Part shown: positions 29,658-40,873 of the stretch, piece after piece
How positions within the stretch are numbered: the first letter of the stretch is position 1
Layout of the letters: the number at the start of each line of letters is the position of its first letter
Assembly (NCBI GenBank): GCA_050012255.1
Contig: JBEKHN010000001.1
Location: 96,001-160,000 of the forward strand
From: Candidatus Bathyarchaeia archaeon
Lineage (GTDB): Archaea > Thermoproteota > Bathyarchaeia > Bathyarchaeales > Bathycorpusculaceae
Length of the DNA stretch: 64,000 nucleotides
Direction: 5' to 3'
The notes under the pieces: model-generated
Seen by the model: the letters and a program-made list of their open reading frames with translations, nothing else
The model's database searches: none
Told to the model about the DNA's origin: nothing
Program-made: the position numbers and the translations under genes

Positions 29658-30184
29658 CCGAACAAGAACACAAGCAGAAACCAATTCAAGCCTCCGAAAT
29701 CGACCCCAAATTCAAGTATGAAATTGCAAAGATGCACGGCGGGGAAAAACTGATGCGCTGCTTCCAGTGTGGAACATGCACGTCAGACTGCCCAGTTGCA
29801 AGGTTCAGCGAAACTTACCGTCCAAGACAGATCATCCGCATGGCACACCTGGGACTCAAGGACCGAGTGCTGAAGAGCGATACGATATGGCTGTGCGCTG
29901 CATGCTTCACATGCACAGACAGATGTCCACAGGACGTTGAAGTCGCGAGCGTCATACGCGTGCTGAGAAACATAGCGGCTGAACAAGGCTTTGCGCCACA
30001 AGTGTTCAAAGAGGAAGCCGCAAGCGTACTTGAATCAGGCTACGCTTACAGGATTCCAGAACTGAGATTGAAGAAGCGACAATCACTGGGACTGCCTCCA
30101 CTGCCGAAAGGCAACCCCGAGAGCATACGCAAAACGCTCCACGACGTGAACCTCATGAAGTGTATTGAGAAGAAGAGTGACTAG
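29654..30184 (+). CDS. hdrC: HdrC
   Basis: CFQCGTCTSDCP, CAACFTCTDRCP. Confidence 0.94.
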   Translation: MTEQEHKQKPIQASEIDPKFKYEIAKMHGGEKLMRCFQCGTCTSDCPVARFSETYRPRQIIRMAHLGLKDRVLKSDTIWLCAACFTCTDRCPQDVEVASVIRVLRNIAAEQGFAPQVFKEEAASVLESGYAYRIPELRLKKRQSLGLPPLPKGNPESIRKTLHDVNLMKCIEKKSD

Positions 30185-30185
30185 A

Positions 30186-31082
30186 ATGGCCGAGCTCAAG
30201 TACCTCATGTTTCTCGGGTGTGCAATTCCCTACCGTGTTTCAGCTTACGAAATCTCAGCTCGCAAAGTCCTGCAAAAACTAGGGGTAGAGCTTGTTGAAA
30301 TGCCTGAGTTCAACTGTTGCGGCTTACCGCTAGACCCCGTAAGCCACGAGACGATGCTCGTACTGGCAGCCAGAAACCTAGCCATAGCTGAGCAAAAGGG
30401 CCTGAACATAATGGCCCTGTGCCCTGGCTGCGCCGGAACGCTCAAGAAAGTCAGCAAGATGCTGAAGGAAGACAGGGCTCTTCGCGAAGAGATCAACAAG
30501 CACCTGAAAGAAGCTGGGTTGGAGTTTAAGGGAACCGTAAACGCGAAGCACATAATGCAGGTGCTGATCGAAGATGTCGGCTTGGATAAGATAAAGAAGG
30601 CTGTTGTTAAACCGCTGACGATGATCAAAGTTGCTGAACACAACGGTTGCCACATCTTGAGACCCAAGGAGTACATCGGTTTCGATGACCCTGAGGACCC
30701 GCAGACCCTCAAAAGTCTCATTGAAGCGACGGGCGCGACGTGTCTAGACTACTTGGACGAAACGGAATGCTGCGGCGCCCCAAGCGTGGGTGTGAACGAC
30801 AAGGTTGCGTTGCAGCTTGCCAGGGACAAACTCAATCACATCAAGAAGGTTGAAGCCCAGGCCCTGATAACCATCTGCCCGTTCTGCCACATAATGTACG
30901 ACACAAACGAGCTTCGCATCGAGAAAATGTTTAACGAGGTCTACGGCATCCCTGTGCTGCACTATCCACAGTTGCTTGGTTTGGCGATGGGATTGTCACC
31001 TGAGGAACTGGCGTTTAACGAGCTTCGAGTTGACTGCTCAAAGATATTAGGACAAGTCTGTGAGGTAAAGGCATATGCCTAA
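30186..31082 (+). CDS. hdrB: HdrB
   Basis: FLGC, CCG, CPGC, GCH, CCG, CPFC. Confidence 0.94.
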   Translation: MAELKYLMFLGCAIPYRVSAYEISARKVLQKLGVELVEMPEFNCCGLPLDPVSHETMLVLAARNLAIAEQKGLNIMALCPGCAGTLKKVSKMLKEDRALREEINKHLKEAGLEFKGTVNAKHIMQVLIEDVGLDKIKKAVVKPLTMIKVAEHNGCHILRPKEYIGFDDPEDPQTLKSLIEATGATCLDYLDETECCGAPSVGVNDKVALQLARDKLNHIKKVEAQALITICPFCHIMYDTNELRIEKMFNEVYGIPVLHYPQLLGLAMGLSPEELAFNELRVDCSKILGQVCEVKAYA

Positions 31083-32061
31083 AGAAAAACTGAAAATAGG
31101 TCTCTACTGGGCTGCGAGCTGCGGGGGATGCGAAATCGCAGTCTTGGACATGAACGAGAAGATTCTAGACGTAGTGAACATTGCAGACATAGTCTTCTGG
31201 CCAGTGGCTATGGACGTCAAATACAAAGACGTCGAAGCTATGCCTGACAAGTACATCGACGTCTGCTTCTTCAACGGTTCAGTGAGGAGCGCAGAGCAAG
31301 AACACATGGCTAAGCTTTTGAGACAAAAATCCAAGACGCTCGTGGCCTTCGGCTCATGTGCCCAAGAGGGATGCGTGCCTGGTCTTGCCAACCTTCACGA
31401 TCGAAAAGAGATTTTCAGCAAAGTGTATCTAGAAAGCAAGTCGATCTCAAACCCCAAAGGAGTAGTCCCCAAAACAAGGTCCGAAGTGAAAGAAGGCGTG
31501 CTGAAGCTTCCGGAGTTTTATGACACGGTCAAAACTCTGGATCAAACCGTAGATGTCGACTATTACTTGCCCGGATGTCCGCCTCCAGTCAAACTCATAG
31601 TGAACGCTGTGGAAGCCATAGCCAAAAATGAGTTACCACCAAAGGGCTCCGTGCTTGCCCCCCTAAAGTCTGTGTGCGACGAGTGTCCGAGGAAGAAAGA
31701 AAACAAGAAGATATCCAAGATATACCGAGTCCATGAAAAAGCTCCTGAGCCCGAACGATGCTTGCTTGAGCAAGGGATCATATGCATGGGCCCAGCGACT
31801 CGCAGTGGATGCGGAGCACAATGCCTGACGGTTGACATGCCGTGCACAGGATGCGGCGGACCGTGTCCTAACGCGCCAGAGCAGGGGTCAGCCATGCTAG
31901 GTGCGTTGGCCTCCATAATGGGTCTGGAAGGCGAACAGGAACACTACGCCACGGAAGAGGAAGTTGAGAAGCTTATGGGCCAGATCAAAGACCCTGTGGG
32001 AACTTTCTACATGTACTCGTTACCATCATCGATTCTCAGAAGGAAAGTGATGAAAAAATGA
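31075..32061 (+). CDS. mvhG: group 3c [NiFe]-hydrogenase small subunit
   Basis: SCGGC, FGSCA, PGCPP, CDEC, CMGP, PCTGCGG. Confidence 0.93.
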   Translation: MPKEKLKIGLYWAASCGGCEIAVLDMNEKILDVVNIADIVFWPVAMDVKYKDVEAMPDKYIDVCFFNGSVRSAEQEHMAKLLRQKSKTLVAFGSCAQEGCVPGLANLHDRKEIFSKVYLESKSISNPKGVVPKTRSEVKEGVLKLPEFYDTVKTLDQTVDVDYYLPGCPPPVKLIVNAVEAIAKNELPPKGSVLAPLKSVCDECPRKKENKKISKIYRVHEKAPEPERCLLEQGIICMGPATRSGCGAQCLTVDMPCTGCGGPCPNAPEQGSAMLGALASIMGLEGEQEHYATEEEVEKLMGQIKDPVGTFYMYSLPSSILRRKVMKK

Positions 32062-33512
32062 AGGAAGTAGTCATAGACCCGATCACGAGACTCGAGGGCC
32101 ACGGGAACGTTTCAATATTTCTCAACGATGCAGGAGAAGTAGAAAACGCCTACCTGAAGATTCCCGAACTGAGAGGTTTCGAGAAGTTCTGCATCGGAAG
32201 AAGAGCTGAACTCATGCCGATTTTGACCACCAGAATCTGCGGAGTCTGCCCTGTTGCCCATCACTTCGCGTCAGTTAAAGCCTTAGACGCTGCTTTCAAC
32301 GTTGAACCGCCGTCCACGGCCAAGAAGCTCAGGGAACTCATGTACGCTGGATACATCATCTACGACCACACACTCCACTTCTACTACCTAGGGGGCCCAG
32401 ACTTCATAGTCGGCCCCGACGCTCCGCCTGAGAAAAGAAACATCCTTGGCGTCATTGAAAAAGCAGGCATGGACGTGGCCAAAGAAGTCATCAAACACAG
32501 AGCCTACGGTCAAAAGATAACAGAGATTCTCGGAGGAAAAGCGACGCACCCCGTGTGCGGACTGCCCGGCGGAATCTCTAAGGCCCTCAGCGAAGAGAAC
32601 AGACAGGAAATCGAAAAGATGGCCGCGTCATCGCTGGAATTCGCGAAACTGACGCTTAAGATATTCCACGACATCGTCCTGGGCAACAGCAAGTATGTTG
32701 ACATGATCAAGAGCGACGCCTACACTATGAAGACATACTACATGGGCCTCGTCGACGAGAACAACAAAGTGAACTTCTACGACGGAAAAATCAGAGTAGT
32801 CGATCCCGATGGGAAAGAATTCCTGAAGTTTGAACCCAAAGACTACCTGACTCATATCGCCGAACACGTGGAAGAGTGGACTTACGCGAAGTTCCCATAC
32901 TTGAAGAAGGTGGGATGGAAGGGTCAAGTTTACGGACCTGACAGCGGAGTTTACCGGGTCGGCCCGCTTGCAAGACTGAACGCTTCAAGCGGCATGGCCA
33001 CACCGCTGGCTCAAGCCGAACACGACGAAATGTACAAGACTCTCGGCGGCAAGCCTGTGCACGGCACTCTGGCCTTCCACTGGGCACGGCTGATTGAGTT
33101 GCTCTACGCTACCGAACGAGCCCTAGAACTGGTAAGAGACCCAGAGATCACCGACACGAACATACGCGCAAAACCAGGTGAACCCAGTGAGGGCGTAGGC
33201 GTCGTCGAAGCAGCAAGGGGTACGCTCTACCACCACTACGTGTTGGATAAGGATGCCCTGGTCAAGGACGTCAACATGATCGTTGCCACGACCAACAATT
33301 ATCCAGCAATCTGCATGTCGATCCGTGACGCAGCCAAAGGCCTGATCCACGGTGGCGAAGTAAACCAAGGCCTACTCAACATGGTAGAAATGGCTTTCAG
33401 AGCCTACGACCCCTGCTTCGGATGCGCAACACACTACGCAGTTGGACAGATGCCGCTGACGGTTGAGATCTACGACTACGAGAAAAAACTAATCAAGATC
33501 GTGAAAAGGTAA
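32058..33512 (+). CDS. mvhA: group 3c [NiFe]-hydrogenase large subunit
   Basis: RLEGH, L1 RICGVC, L2 DPCFGCATH with cleavable C-terminal tail. Confidence 0.95.
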   Translation: MKEVVIDPITRLEGHGNVSIFLNDAGEVENAYLKIPELRGFEKFCIGRRAELMPILTTRICGVCPVAHHFASVKALDAAFNVEPPSTAKKLRELMYAGYIIYDHTLHFYYLGGPDFIVGPDAPPEKRNILGVIEKAGMDVAKEVIKHRAYGQKITEILGGKATHPVCGLPGGISKALSEENRQEIEKMAASSLEFAKLTLKIFHDIVLGNSKYVDMIKSDAYTMKTYYMGLVDENNKVNFYDGKIRVVDPDGKEFLKFEPKDYLTHIAEHVEEWTYAKFPYLKKVGWKGQVYGPDSGVYRVGPLARLNASSGMATPLAQAEHDEMYKTLGGKPVHGTLAFHWARLIELLYATERALELVRDPEITDTNIRAKPGEPSEGVGVVEAARGTLYHHYVLDKDALVKDVNMIVATTNNYPAICMSIRDAAKGLIHGGEVNQGLLNMVEMAFRAYDPCFGCATHYAVGQMPLTVEIYDYEKKLIKIVKR

Positions 33513-33557
33513 ACCCTTTTCTCACTCCTTCATTTTCTGGTTCCGCGGCGATTTCTA

Positions 33558-34076
33558 ATGCCAAACAAACCTGGGAAGTATAATGTCCAAGAAGAGTTGA
33601 GCAAGTGGCTAGGAAGAGCTGAAAGGCTTGTTCTAGCCGGAATCGGAAATCCAATACGCGGGGACGACTTCGTCGGGGTCAAAATCGTCCAGAACCTGAA
33701 GGGAAGAGTCTCGAAAAAAGTCCTTCTACTAGAGTGTGAAACGGTTCCGGAAAGCTACCTCGAGCAAATAATCGACTTCAACCCAACACACATTCTTCTC
33801 ATAGACGCAGCAGTTCTGGGATTAAAACCCGGTGACTCTGAGCTTCGTGAACCCGAAAAACTGACAGCCGCGCCTGCGTTCTCAACCCATATGCTTCCGC
33901 TACGCATATTTTGCGAGTACCTTTCCAAGGCAACCAAAACGAGGATCGCGCTACTACTCATAGAACCTGAAAACACCGATTTCGGAGAGGGTCTATCGCC
34001 AGAAATTGACGCCGTTGCAAAGAAGATCACGAAAACCCTGCTTGAGACTTTCTCTCAGCAAAACCGATCATCCTAG
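33558..34076 (+). CDS. hydrogenase maturation protease (HycI-like)
   Basis: GIGNPIRGDD, ETVPE, IDAA, STH. Confidence 0.9.
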   Translation: MPNKPGKYNVQEELSKWLGRAERLVLAGIGNPIRGDDFVGVKIVQNLKGRVSKKVLLLECETVPESYLEQIIDFNPTHILLIDAAVLGLKPGDSELREPEKLTAAPAFSTHMLPLRIFCEYLSKATKTRIALLLIEPENTDFGEGLSPEIDAVAKKITKTLLETFSQQNRSS

Positions 34077-34667
34077 TCTTTTCTGAAGCCTTAACTCGTC
34101 TCTTATCGGCAGGTTTCCTATGCCCATAAGGATTTTTCCGTGTTTCTTAGCTATGACGTTAGGCTTCACTCCGTAAATCTGGAAGCCAACAGACTGGTAG
34201 AAGGCCAATGCGGGTAAATCATCGTTCGAAGTTGAAACAAGTAGTCTTTTCTTTCTTCTTCGAATAGCCTCGTCTTCGACTTTTTTAACAAGTCCTTTGC
34301 CCACGCCTGAGCCTTGATACTGAGGCAAGACCCCTAAGGCTACAATGATAATAGCATCATCTACCTCTGCAGTAGAGATGAAGCCAACTACGCTGTCTTT
34401 GAATCTCGCAACGTACGCTGGCAGTTCTGTAACCTTGAATTTTCGGTCAAAGGTCAGCTGCTCTTCTTCTCCCCAAAAACCTCTAACAAACCCTCCGATC
34501 TCGTTCTTTTTCTCCTCAGAAGTTGCCCTGTCAATGGTGTATTCGAGTTTGGTTTTCTTTACGCATTCGGGACAGGCGATTCTGAGTTGTGCATGCTCTC
34601 CGCAGAGAAACCGCCTGCACAAGCCGCACTTGAACACTGCGTCTCTGCAACAGTAGTGGCACTTCAT
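34068..34667 (-). CDS. GNAT acetyltransferase with N-terminal Cys-rich Zn finger
   Basis: CHYC..CGLC...CGEH...CPEC; QGSGVG, TSNDDLPALAFYQ. Confidence 0.85.
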   Translation of the reverse strand: MKCHYCCRDAVFKCGLCRRFLCGEHAQLRIACPECVKKTKLEYTIDRATSEEKKNEIGGFVRGFWGEEEQLTFDRKFKVTELPAYVARFKDSVVGFISTAEVDDAIIIVALGVLPQYQGSGVGKGLVKKVEDEAIRRRKKRLLVSTSNDDLPALAFYQSVGFQIYGVKPNVIAKKHGKILMGIGNLPIRDELRLQKRLG

Positions 34668-34759
34668 GAGTCACTCTTCCCATTCTACTGTTCTATCAAA
34701 AAGCTATATAACAACAGAGCCTCAGTATTGCTAGGAAAGCACTCAGGGGGTCTCAGCAA

Positions 34760-35281
34760 ATGTGTGTCTTGGGCAAAGACAAGGTGAAGGAACTCATCGA
34801 CAATTACAAAGTCGTCTACCCTTATGATTACAACCTACTTGACGGTGACGGCTACATTCTGACCGTCAGGGAAGAAACAACCCTACACTACATGGAGCAC
34901 AAAAACCTGATATCCCACGAAATACTCTTCATCCCGCCAAACTACGTCGCTCACATGACTGCAAAGAGCAAGTATGGTAGAATGGGCCTGTCCTTCCTAA
35001 ACGCCGCGAAGGTGCACAGCGGATTCATCGGCAGACTAGCCCTTGAAGTAGTAAACCTCAGCAACGACCATCATCCCATCATAATCAAGAGAGGAGACCC
35101 TTTCATGCACGTGGAATTCGTAACTAGAGAAGGCCAGCCCTCACCGTACATGGGAGAATACCAGTTTCAGTACATGAGCGAAGAAGAAATGCAGATGTAC
35201 ATTCCAACCCTGAAAAAAGTCTTTCCAAACTACGAGGAACTGGCCAAAGCATGGCTCAAGAACAAAAGACTACTGCCATGA
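34760..35281 (+). CDS. dCTP deaminase/dUTPase-fold protein
   Basis: KSKYGRMGL, VHSGFIGRLALEVVN, YMGEYQ. Confidence 0.75.
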   Translation: MCVLGKDKVKELIDNYKVVYPYDYNLLDGDGYILTVREETTLHYMEHKNLISHEILFIPPNYVAHMTAKSKYGRMGLSFLNAAKVHSGFIGRLALEVVNLSNDHHPIIIKRGDPFMHVEFVTREGQPSPYMGEYQFQYMSEEEMQMYIPTLKKVFPNYEELAKAWLKNKRLLP

Positions 35282-35453
35282 GGTTTGCAACGTCGTGTTT
35301 TAGAGCGGCAGAGAAACACACCGCAGGCGCAAAGTAGACTCAAAATACCTAACAGTGAACCAGAAAACGAATCAGTCATTTATAGAAGTATGTTCTATTT
35401 TGACTGTTAAATGTTTAAATACAGCGGCTTAAGGTATGCTAAAGGGAACCACC

Positions 35454-35972
35454 ATGAAAGCAAAAAACTACAGAGCCGTAAAAGGACAAGCTTACACGAG
35501 AAGAGAGTTCATAAAGGGTTTTCCCCAGCCCAAAATAACCAAGTTCACCATGGGCGACACAAAATCCAGCTTTGGATACGAGGGAAAACTCATATCCCTC
35601 GAAGCAGCCCAGATTCGCCACAACGCTCTAGAAGCTGCCCGAGTGGCCACGAACCGCTTATTGATGGAGAAGCTGGTTAACAATTATCAGTTACAGGTTC
35701 ATCCCTACCCGCATACCATACTTCGGGAGAATAAGATGATTTTCGGCGCACACGCAGACCGTCTTCAAGATGGTATGCGCAGGTCTTTCGGAAAACCAAT
35801 AGGCACAGCCGCACGCGTCAGACCCAACCAGACGATCATCAGCGTCTTCGTGAACGGGGACGCTGTTGAACTCGCCAAGGAATCTCTTAAGCGTGGAAGC
35901 GCAAAGCTTCCAATGCCCTGTCGAATCGTGATTGAAAAACTTCAAACTGAAGAGGTGAAGACAGTTGACTGA
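35454..35972 (+). CDS. rpl10e: 50S ribosomal protein uL16 (L10e)
   Basis: QIRHNALEAAR, LRENKM, ADRLQDGMRRSFGKP. Confidence 0.97.
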   Translation: MKAKNYRAVKGQAYTRREFIKGFPQPKITKFTMGDTKSSFGYEGKLISLEAAQIRHNALEAARVATNRLLMEKLVNNYQLQVHPYPHTILRENKMIFGAHADRLQDGMRRSFGKPIGTAARVRPNQTIISVFVNGDAVELAKESLKRGSAKLPMPCRIVIEKLQTEEVKTVD

Positions 35973-38415
35973 AATGAGAAAGGACCTAGTGATATGGTTT
36001 GAAAGCCTGAGAAAAACAGACATCCCGTCCGTGGGAGGAAAAAACGCCAACCTCGGCGAAATGACGAGCGCAGGCATACCTGTCCCACCCGGATTCGCCA
36101 TAACAGCCTACGCCTACAAGAAATTCATTGAAGAAGCAAAGATTGCCGCAAAGATCTATGCGATCATAGACGAAACAGTAACCGACGTAAACGACCCTGG
36201 GCAATACGAGTTGGCCTCAAAGAAAATCCGTGAGCTAATCGAAGCAACATCAATGCCTAAAGACATTGAAAACGCCATCAGAGTTGCCTATGAAGAGCTA
36301 AGCAAGAAAATCAACGTTAAGGAACCATTCGTTGCTGTCAGGTCAAGCGCCACAGCGGAAGACTTGGCGGATGCATCTTTCGCTGGGCAGCAAGAAACGT
36401 TTTTGAACACGAGAGGAGTCAAAAACGTTCTCCTAAACACTGTGAAATGCTGGTCCAGCCTGTTCACTCCACGTGCAATCTTTTACCGCAACGAGAAAGG
36501 TTTTGCACATGAGAAAGTCTTCATAAGCGTCGGAGTACAGAAGATGGTGAATTCCGAGGCTGCCGGCGTCATCTTCACGCTGAACCCTGTAACAGGCGAC
36601 ACAAGTCAGATAGTTATCGAGGGCAACTACGGCCTAGGCGAAGCAGTTGTTTCAGGGTCTGTCACGCCGGACGACTTCGTCGTTCACAAGGAGTCGATGA
36701 AGATAATCGAGAGACGAATAGCCAAGAAAACTGTCCAATATGTTAGGGATCCAAAGACGGGGCACACGATACACGAAGAGGTGCCCTTGGAAAAGCAACA
36801 GCTGCCCTGTATTAGCGATCAAGAAATAGCCAAGCTTGCAGAATTGGCCCAACGGATCGAGAAGCATTATGGGAAACCGCAAGACATCGAGTGGGCCATA
36901 GACGGGGACATTGAGTTTCCGGACAACGTGTTCATGACTCAATCAAGGCCTGAAACAGTTTGGAGCACGAAGTTGGCGGAAGCCCCAGCAAAAAGCGAAG
37001 CAGCAGAAGTGAAGCCGGAATTGAAGGTCGTTGTCAAAGGAATCGCCGCTGGCAAACGAGGCTACGGCATAGGCATCGCCAAAATCGTGGCAGACCCTCA
37101 GGAAGCTGCCAAAGTCATGAAGAAAGGCGACATACTCGTAACGGACATGACCAACCCTGACTATGTGCCGTTCATGAAACTAGCAGGCGCGATAGTCACC
37201 AATAAGGGTGGAGTAACCTGTCACGCGGCTATAGTGAGCCGTGAACTGGGCATCCCATGCGTCGTGGGAACCGAGAAGGCCACGCAGGTAATGGTCACAG
37301 GAAAAGAGTACACTGTGGACTCAAGAAGCGGTGTGGTCTACGAAGGCGCGCTGCAAACATTAACTGCACAGCTTTCATCTGCGAGTACCGCCGCTGCAGG
37401 TCAAGCTGCTGTCGGCGTAGGCACATTCCAAGCCGTGCCAACAACAGCGACCAAGATCTACATGAACCTGGGCGTGCCGGAGAAGGTTGAAGAGTACAAA
37501 GACCTGCCCTTCGAGGGCATCGGACTGATGCGCATAGAGTTCATCCTAGCTAGCTCCATCGGAGAACACCCACTGCAATTTATAGAAACCGGAAAAAGCC
37601 AACAATTTGTCGACAAACTCGCAGAAGGAGTAGCGACAGTCGCGAGGGCGATTCAGCCACGTCCGGTGGTGGTACGCTTCAGCGACTTCAAGACCAACGA
37701 GTACAGGGAATTGAAAGGCGGCGAGAAATACGAGATCATTGAAGCAAATCCTATGCTGGGCTGGAGAGGCTGCAGCCGCTACGTAAGCCAATGGTACGAA
37801 AAGGCGTTCAGACTCGAATGTCAGGCTATTGTCAAATGCAGAAGAGAGTGGGGACTGAAAAACGTGTGGGTCATGCTTCCAGTCGTGCGCACTCTGTGGG
37901 AAGCCAAGGCAGTCCTTGAAATCATGCGACAAGAAGGCTTGGAAAGATCAAAAGACTTCAAAGTCTGGTTCATGGCTGAAACACCCTCACTCGCCATACT
38001 GACCGATGAATTCTCAAAACTTGCCGACGGCTTCTCGATAGGCTCAAACGACATGACCCAAGGCATACTGATGATCGACAGAGACTCAGAACGCTTGGGG
38101 CAGATGGGATACTTCGATGAGAGAGACCCGGCCGTGGAAAGAATAATCGCGCACCTGATCAGAGTTGCCCATGAGAACGGAGCCACCGTATCCATATGCG
38201 GGGAAGGCCCATCAAACCTGCCTGACTTCGCAGAATTCCTCGTGAGAAACGGAATCGACAGCATCTCGGTAAACAATGATGCAGTGATAGCCACTAGGAA
38301 GCTTGTCGCAAGCATAGAGCAGAAGATAATTCTAGAACGACTTGCTGAACTGAACGAAAAAGCCCTTGGGCACACAGTGCGAAAACCGGTTCAACCTTGG
38401 GAATGGACACCGTAA
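35965..38415 (+). CDS. ppsA: phosphoenolpyruvate synthase
   Basis: VGGKNANLGE, VAVRSSA, TCHAAIVSRE, NPMLGWRG, SIGSND, ICGE. Confidence 0.96.
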   Translation: MTEMRKDLVIWFESLRKTDIPSVGGKNANLGEMTSAGIPVPPGFAITAYAYKKFIEEAKIAAKIYAIIDETVTDVNDPGQYELASKKIRELIEATSMPKDIENAIRVAYEELSKKINVKEPFVAVRSSATAEDLADASFAGQQETFLNTRGVKNVLLNTVKCWSSLFTPRAIFYRNEKGFAHEKVFISVGVQKMVNSEAAGVIFTLNPVTGDTSQIVIEGNYGLGEAVVSGSVTPDDFVVHKESMKIIERRIAKKTVQYVRDPKTGHTIHEEVPLEKQQLPCISDQEIAKLAELAQRIEKHYGKPQDIEWAIDGDIEFPDNVFMTQSRPETVWSTKLAEAPAKSEAAEVKPELKVVVKGIAAGKRGYGIGIAKIVADPQEAAKVMKKGDILVTDMTNPDYVPFMKLAGAIVTNKGGVTCHAAIVSRELGIPCVVGTEKATQVMVTGKEYTVDSRSGVVYEGALQTLTAQLSSASTAAAGQAAVGVGTFQAVPTTATKIYMNLGVPEKVEEYKDLPFEGIGLMRIEFILASSIGEHPLQFIETGKSQQFVDKLAEGVATVARAIQPRPVVVRFSDFKTNEYRELKGGEKYEIIEANPMLGWRGCSRYVSQWYEKAFRLECQAIVKCRREWGLKNVWVMLPVVRTLWEAKAVLEIMRQEGLERSKDFKVWFMAETPSLAILTDEFSKLADGFSIGSNDMTQGILMIDRDSERLGQMGYFDERDPAVERIIAHLIRVAHENGATVSICGEGPSNLPDFAEFLVRNGIDSISVNNDAVIATRKLVASIEQKIILERLAELNEKALGHTVRKPVQPWEWTP

Positions 38416-38458
38416 GAGTTACCTCAGCTCATTCCTCCATGATTTAAGGTGTGTTCGC

Positions 38459-39460
38459 ATGAGACAGTTTGACCTAGAAGAGGAGAGAGTCAAACAGGAA
38501 ATTCTCAAACTCGGCGCAAAACGCGTCTTGATCCAACTCCCGGAGGGCTTAAAGCCCGAAGCTCCACACATCGCAAAGACCCTCGAAAAGTTCGGTGTGC
38601 TACCCATCGTCTCTGCAGACCCTTGCTATGGCGCGTGCGATTTGGCGATAGCTGAAGCTGAAAGCTTGGGCGTAGACTTGATAATCCATTATGGACACTC
38701 TAAACTCGTTAGGTATGAACGCGTTCCAACACTTTACGTTGAAGCCCGTGCAGCCGTTAACGTAAACTCTGCTGTCGAAAAGGCCCTGCCGCTGCTGAAG
38801 AAATGGCACAAGATAGGGTTGGCTACAACCGTTCAACACGTTCAAACCCTCGACGAAGTCAGAGAAACCCTCGTCCGCGCAGGCAAGACCGTCATGATAG
38901 GCGACACCAGACGCCTAAACTATCCTGGCCAAGTCACAGGGTGCGACTACAGCAACGCGATCTCAATAGCGAAGGATGTTGAAGCTTTTCTCTTCATCGG
39001 CGGAGGACAATTCCACGCCTTGGGCCTGGCTCTTTCAACCTCAAAGCCAACAGTCGTTGCTGACCCCTTTGATGACACATCGTTTTCTGTGGATAAAGAA
39101 GCGGAGAGAATCTTCAAGCAGCGATGGGCGATGATAGAAGACGCAAAGGAAGCGAAAAACTTCGGGGTTCTGCTTGGCACAAAACCCGGACAGAAAAGGC
39201 TTGAAGAAGCTTTTCAGGTCAAAGAGAAGCTTGAAGGCAACGGGAAAACAGCATATCTCCTAGCAGCTAGAGAAATCACTCCAGAAGCACTGATGGAATT
39301 TCCAACGATCGACGCGTTCGTCAACACGGCCTGCCCAAGAATTTCTCTTGATGACTCCGCCAATTTCCGAAAGCCAATTTTAACGAAGAATGAAACCTTA
39401 GTCGCCATTGGTGAGCTGCCCTGGGAAGAATTATGCAAAAGAGGTTTGCTCGAAAACTAG
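38459..39460 (+). CDS. dph2: diphthamide synthesis protein Dph2
   Basis: QLPEGL, CYGACD, GQVTGC, TACPR. Confidence 0.93.
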   Translation: MRQFDLEEERVKQEILKLGAKRVLIQLPEGLKPEAPHIAKTLEKFGVLPIVSADPCYGACDLAIAEAESLGVDLIIHYGHSKLVRYERVPTLYVEARAAVNVNSAVEKALPLLKKWHKIGLATTVQHVQTLDEVRETLVRAGKTVMIGDTRRLNYPGQVTGCDYSNAISIAKDVEAFLFIGGGQFHALGLALSTSKPTVVADPFDDTSFSVDKEAERIFKQRWAMIEDAKEAKNFGVLLGTKPGQKRLEEAFQVKEKLEGNGKTAYLLAAREITPEALMEFPTIDAFVNTACPRISLDDSANFRKPILTKNETLVAIGELPWEELCKRGLLEN

Positions 39461-40140
39461 AATTAGAGATGATGCTCTCAAAAATCAAGCCTCACCCTGC
39501 GCCCACACCTAACCTTGAGCAGTACACCATTTCAGCTGACACGGCGGCAACGATGCTTTACATTGCTGCCTACTCAAACGGGGACATCGTTGACAGGACC
39601 GTTTTGGACCTGGGCTGCGGCACGGGCAGGCTGGCCATAGGAGCTGCTCTATTAGGCGCGAAAGAGGTCGTAGGCGTAGATCTGGACAAAACTGGAGTGA
39701 AAGCGGCCTTTGAGAGCTCTTTGGCAACAGGTGTGAAGGACAGGACACAGTGGGTTGTCGCAGACATTGATTCTGTTCGTGGATACTTTGACACGGTCCT
39801 GGAGAACCCGCCCTTCGGAGTTCAAAAAAAGGGGGCTGACAGAAAGTTTCTAGCCAAAGCCTTAGAATTGGGAAGAGTTACCTATTCTCTTCACAAAAGG
39901 CCTCACGCAGATTCGACTTTTGCCAAGAGACTGAGAAAGAGCAGCGATGGTACCATCGCGGTTCCCCCGTCTTCTTTCATGAAAAAGTTCATCGAAGAAA
40001 GCGGAGGAAGAATAGAAGCTGTTTATGCCTTGTTAATGACCCTCCCACACATGTTCAACTTCCACACAGAAAAGAAGCATGAGTTTCAAGTCGACCTGTA
40101 CGTCGTGCACAGAAGGCAACCTGTTCATGATGCGCGCTAA
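39433..40140 (+). CDS. METTL5-family N6-adenine RNA methyltransferase
   Basis: LEQY, DLGCGTG, NPPFG. Confidence 0.9.
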   Translation: MQKRFARKLELEMMLSKIKPHPAPTPNLEQYTISADTAATMLYIAAYSNGDIVDRTVLDLGCGTGRLAIGAALLGAKEVVGVDLDKTGVKAAFESSLATGVKDRTQWVVADIDSVRGYFDTVLENPPFGVQKKGADRKFLAKALELGRVTYSLHKRPHADSTFAKRLRKSSDGTIAVPPSSFMKKFIEESGGRIEAVYALLMTLPHMFNFHTEKKHEFQVDLYVVHRRQPVHDAR

Positions 40141-40258
40141 TCAAAAGGTTTATTGATAAGCGCAGAAAGAACAGTTACAACTGTTTAGTTGACGGCGCGC
40201 CCAGCAATGCGCAAGCATCTGACGTGCGAGCCAACGTAACAATGAACAGGGATTTCCA

Positions 40259-40873
40259 ATGACTGCAAAGTCCACCGAACCTAAGACTGGTCAACTGGCC
40301 TTACCAGGCGAACGCCTAGGCGTGATCGAAGAGTTCACTCCAGATGCTGGAACTTTCGTGAAAGACGGAGTGATCTATTCCAAAGTCGTCGGCCGCGTCT
40401 TGATCGACCTGGCACACAAACGTGTCACAGTTCATCAATTGACCCACGGGGCAAAGGTGCCCATTACGGGAAGCACAGTTGTGGGGCAAGTTTCAAGCGC
40501 ACAGTCTGAAACCGCAGGAATGCGCATTTTTGAAATAGGCGCCGAGGAAGTTTCCAGCGGTTTCATGGGCATACTGCACATCTCAGATGCTCACATTCGG
40601 TACGTCGATTCGATGTTTGACGTGTGCAAGCCCGGCGACATCGTAAGGGCAAAGGTGATCAGCGAAAAGAACAGAACCTACCATCTGTCGACCAAGGACA
40701 GAAACTTAGGCGTAGTCTATGCTTTCTGCTCGAACTGTGGAACGCTACTCGAACAGAGAAGACAAGGCATGCACTGCCCAAAGTGTGGGCGGCTTGAGAG
40801 ACGCAAGACCGCGGCAGACTATGGAAGAGGATTAATCGAGCGCAGGAAGGATGAAGAGGAAAATGAAAGTTAA
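40259..40873 (+). CDS. csl4: exosome subunit Csl4
   Basis: S1 domain, PGDIVRAKV, LGVVYA, CSNC/CPKC Zn ribbon. Confidence 0.93.
   Translation: MTAKSTEPKTGQLALPGERLGVIEEFTPDAGTFVKDGVIYSKVVGRVLIDLAHKRVTVHQLTHGAKVPITGSTVVGQVSSAQSETAGMRIFEIGAEEVSSGFMGILHISDAHIRYVDSMFDVCKPGDIVRAKVISEKNRTYHLSTKDRNLGVVYAFCSNCGTLLEQRRQGMHCPKCGRLERRKTAADYGRGLIERRKDEEENES

Noticed and set aside
21053-33512. Selenocysteine recoding in Hdr/Mvh genes
   Set aside because: Frames are open with Cys at the relevant positions and there are no in-frame TGA codons.
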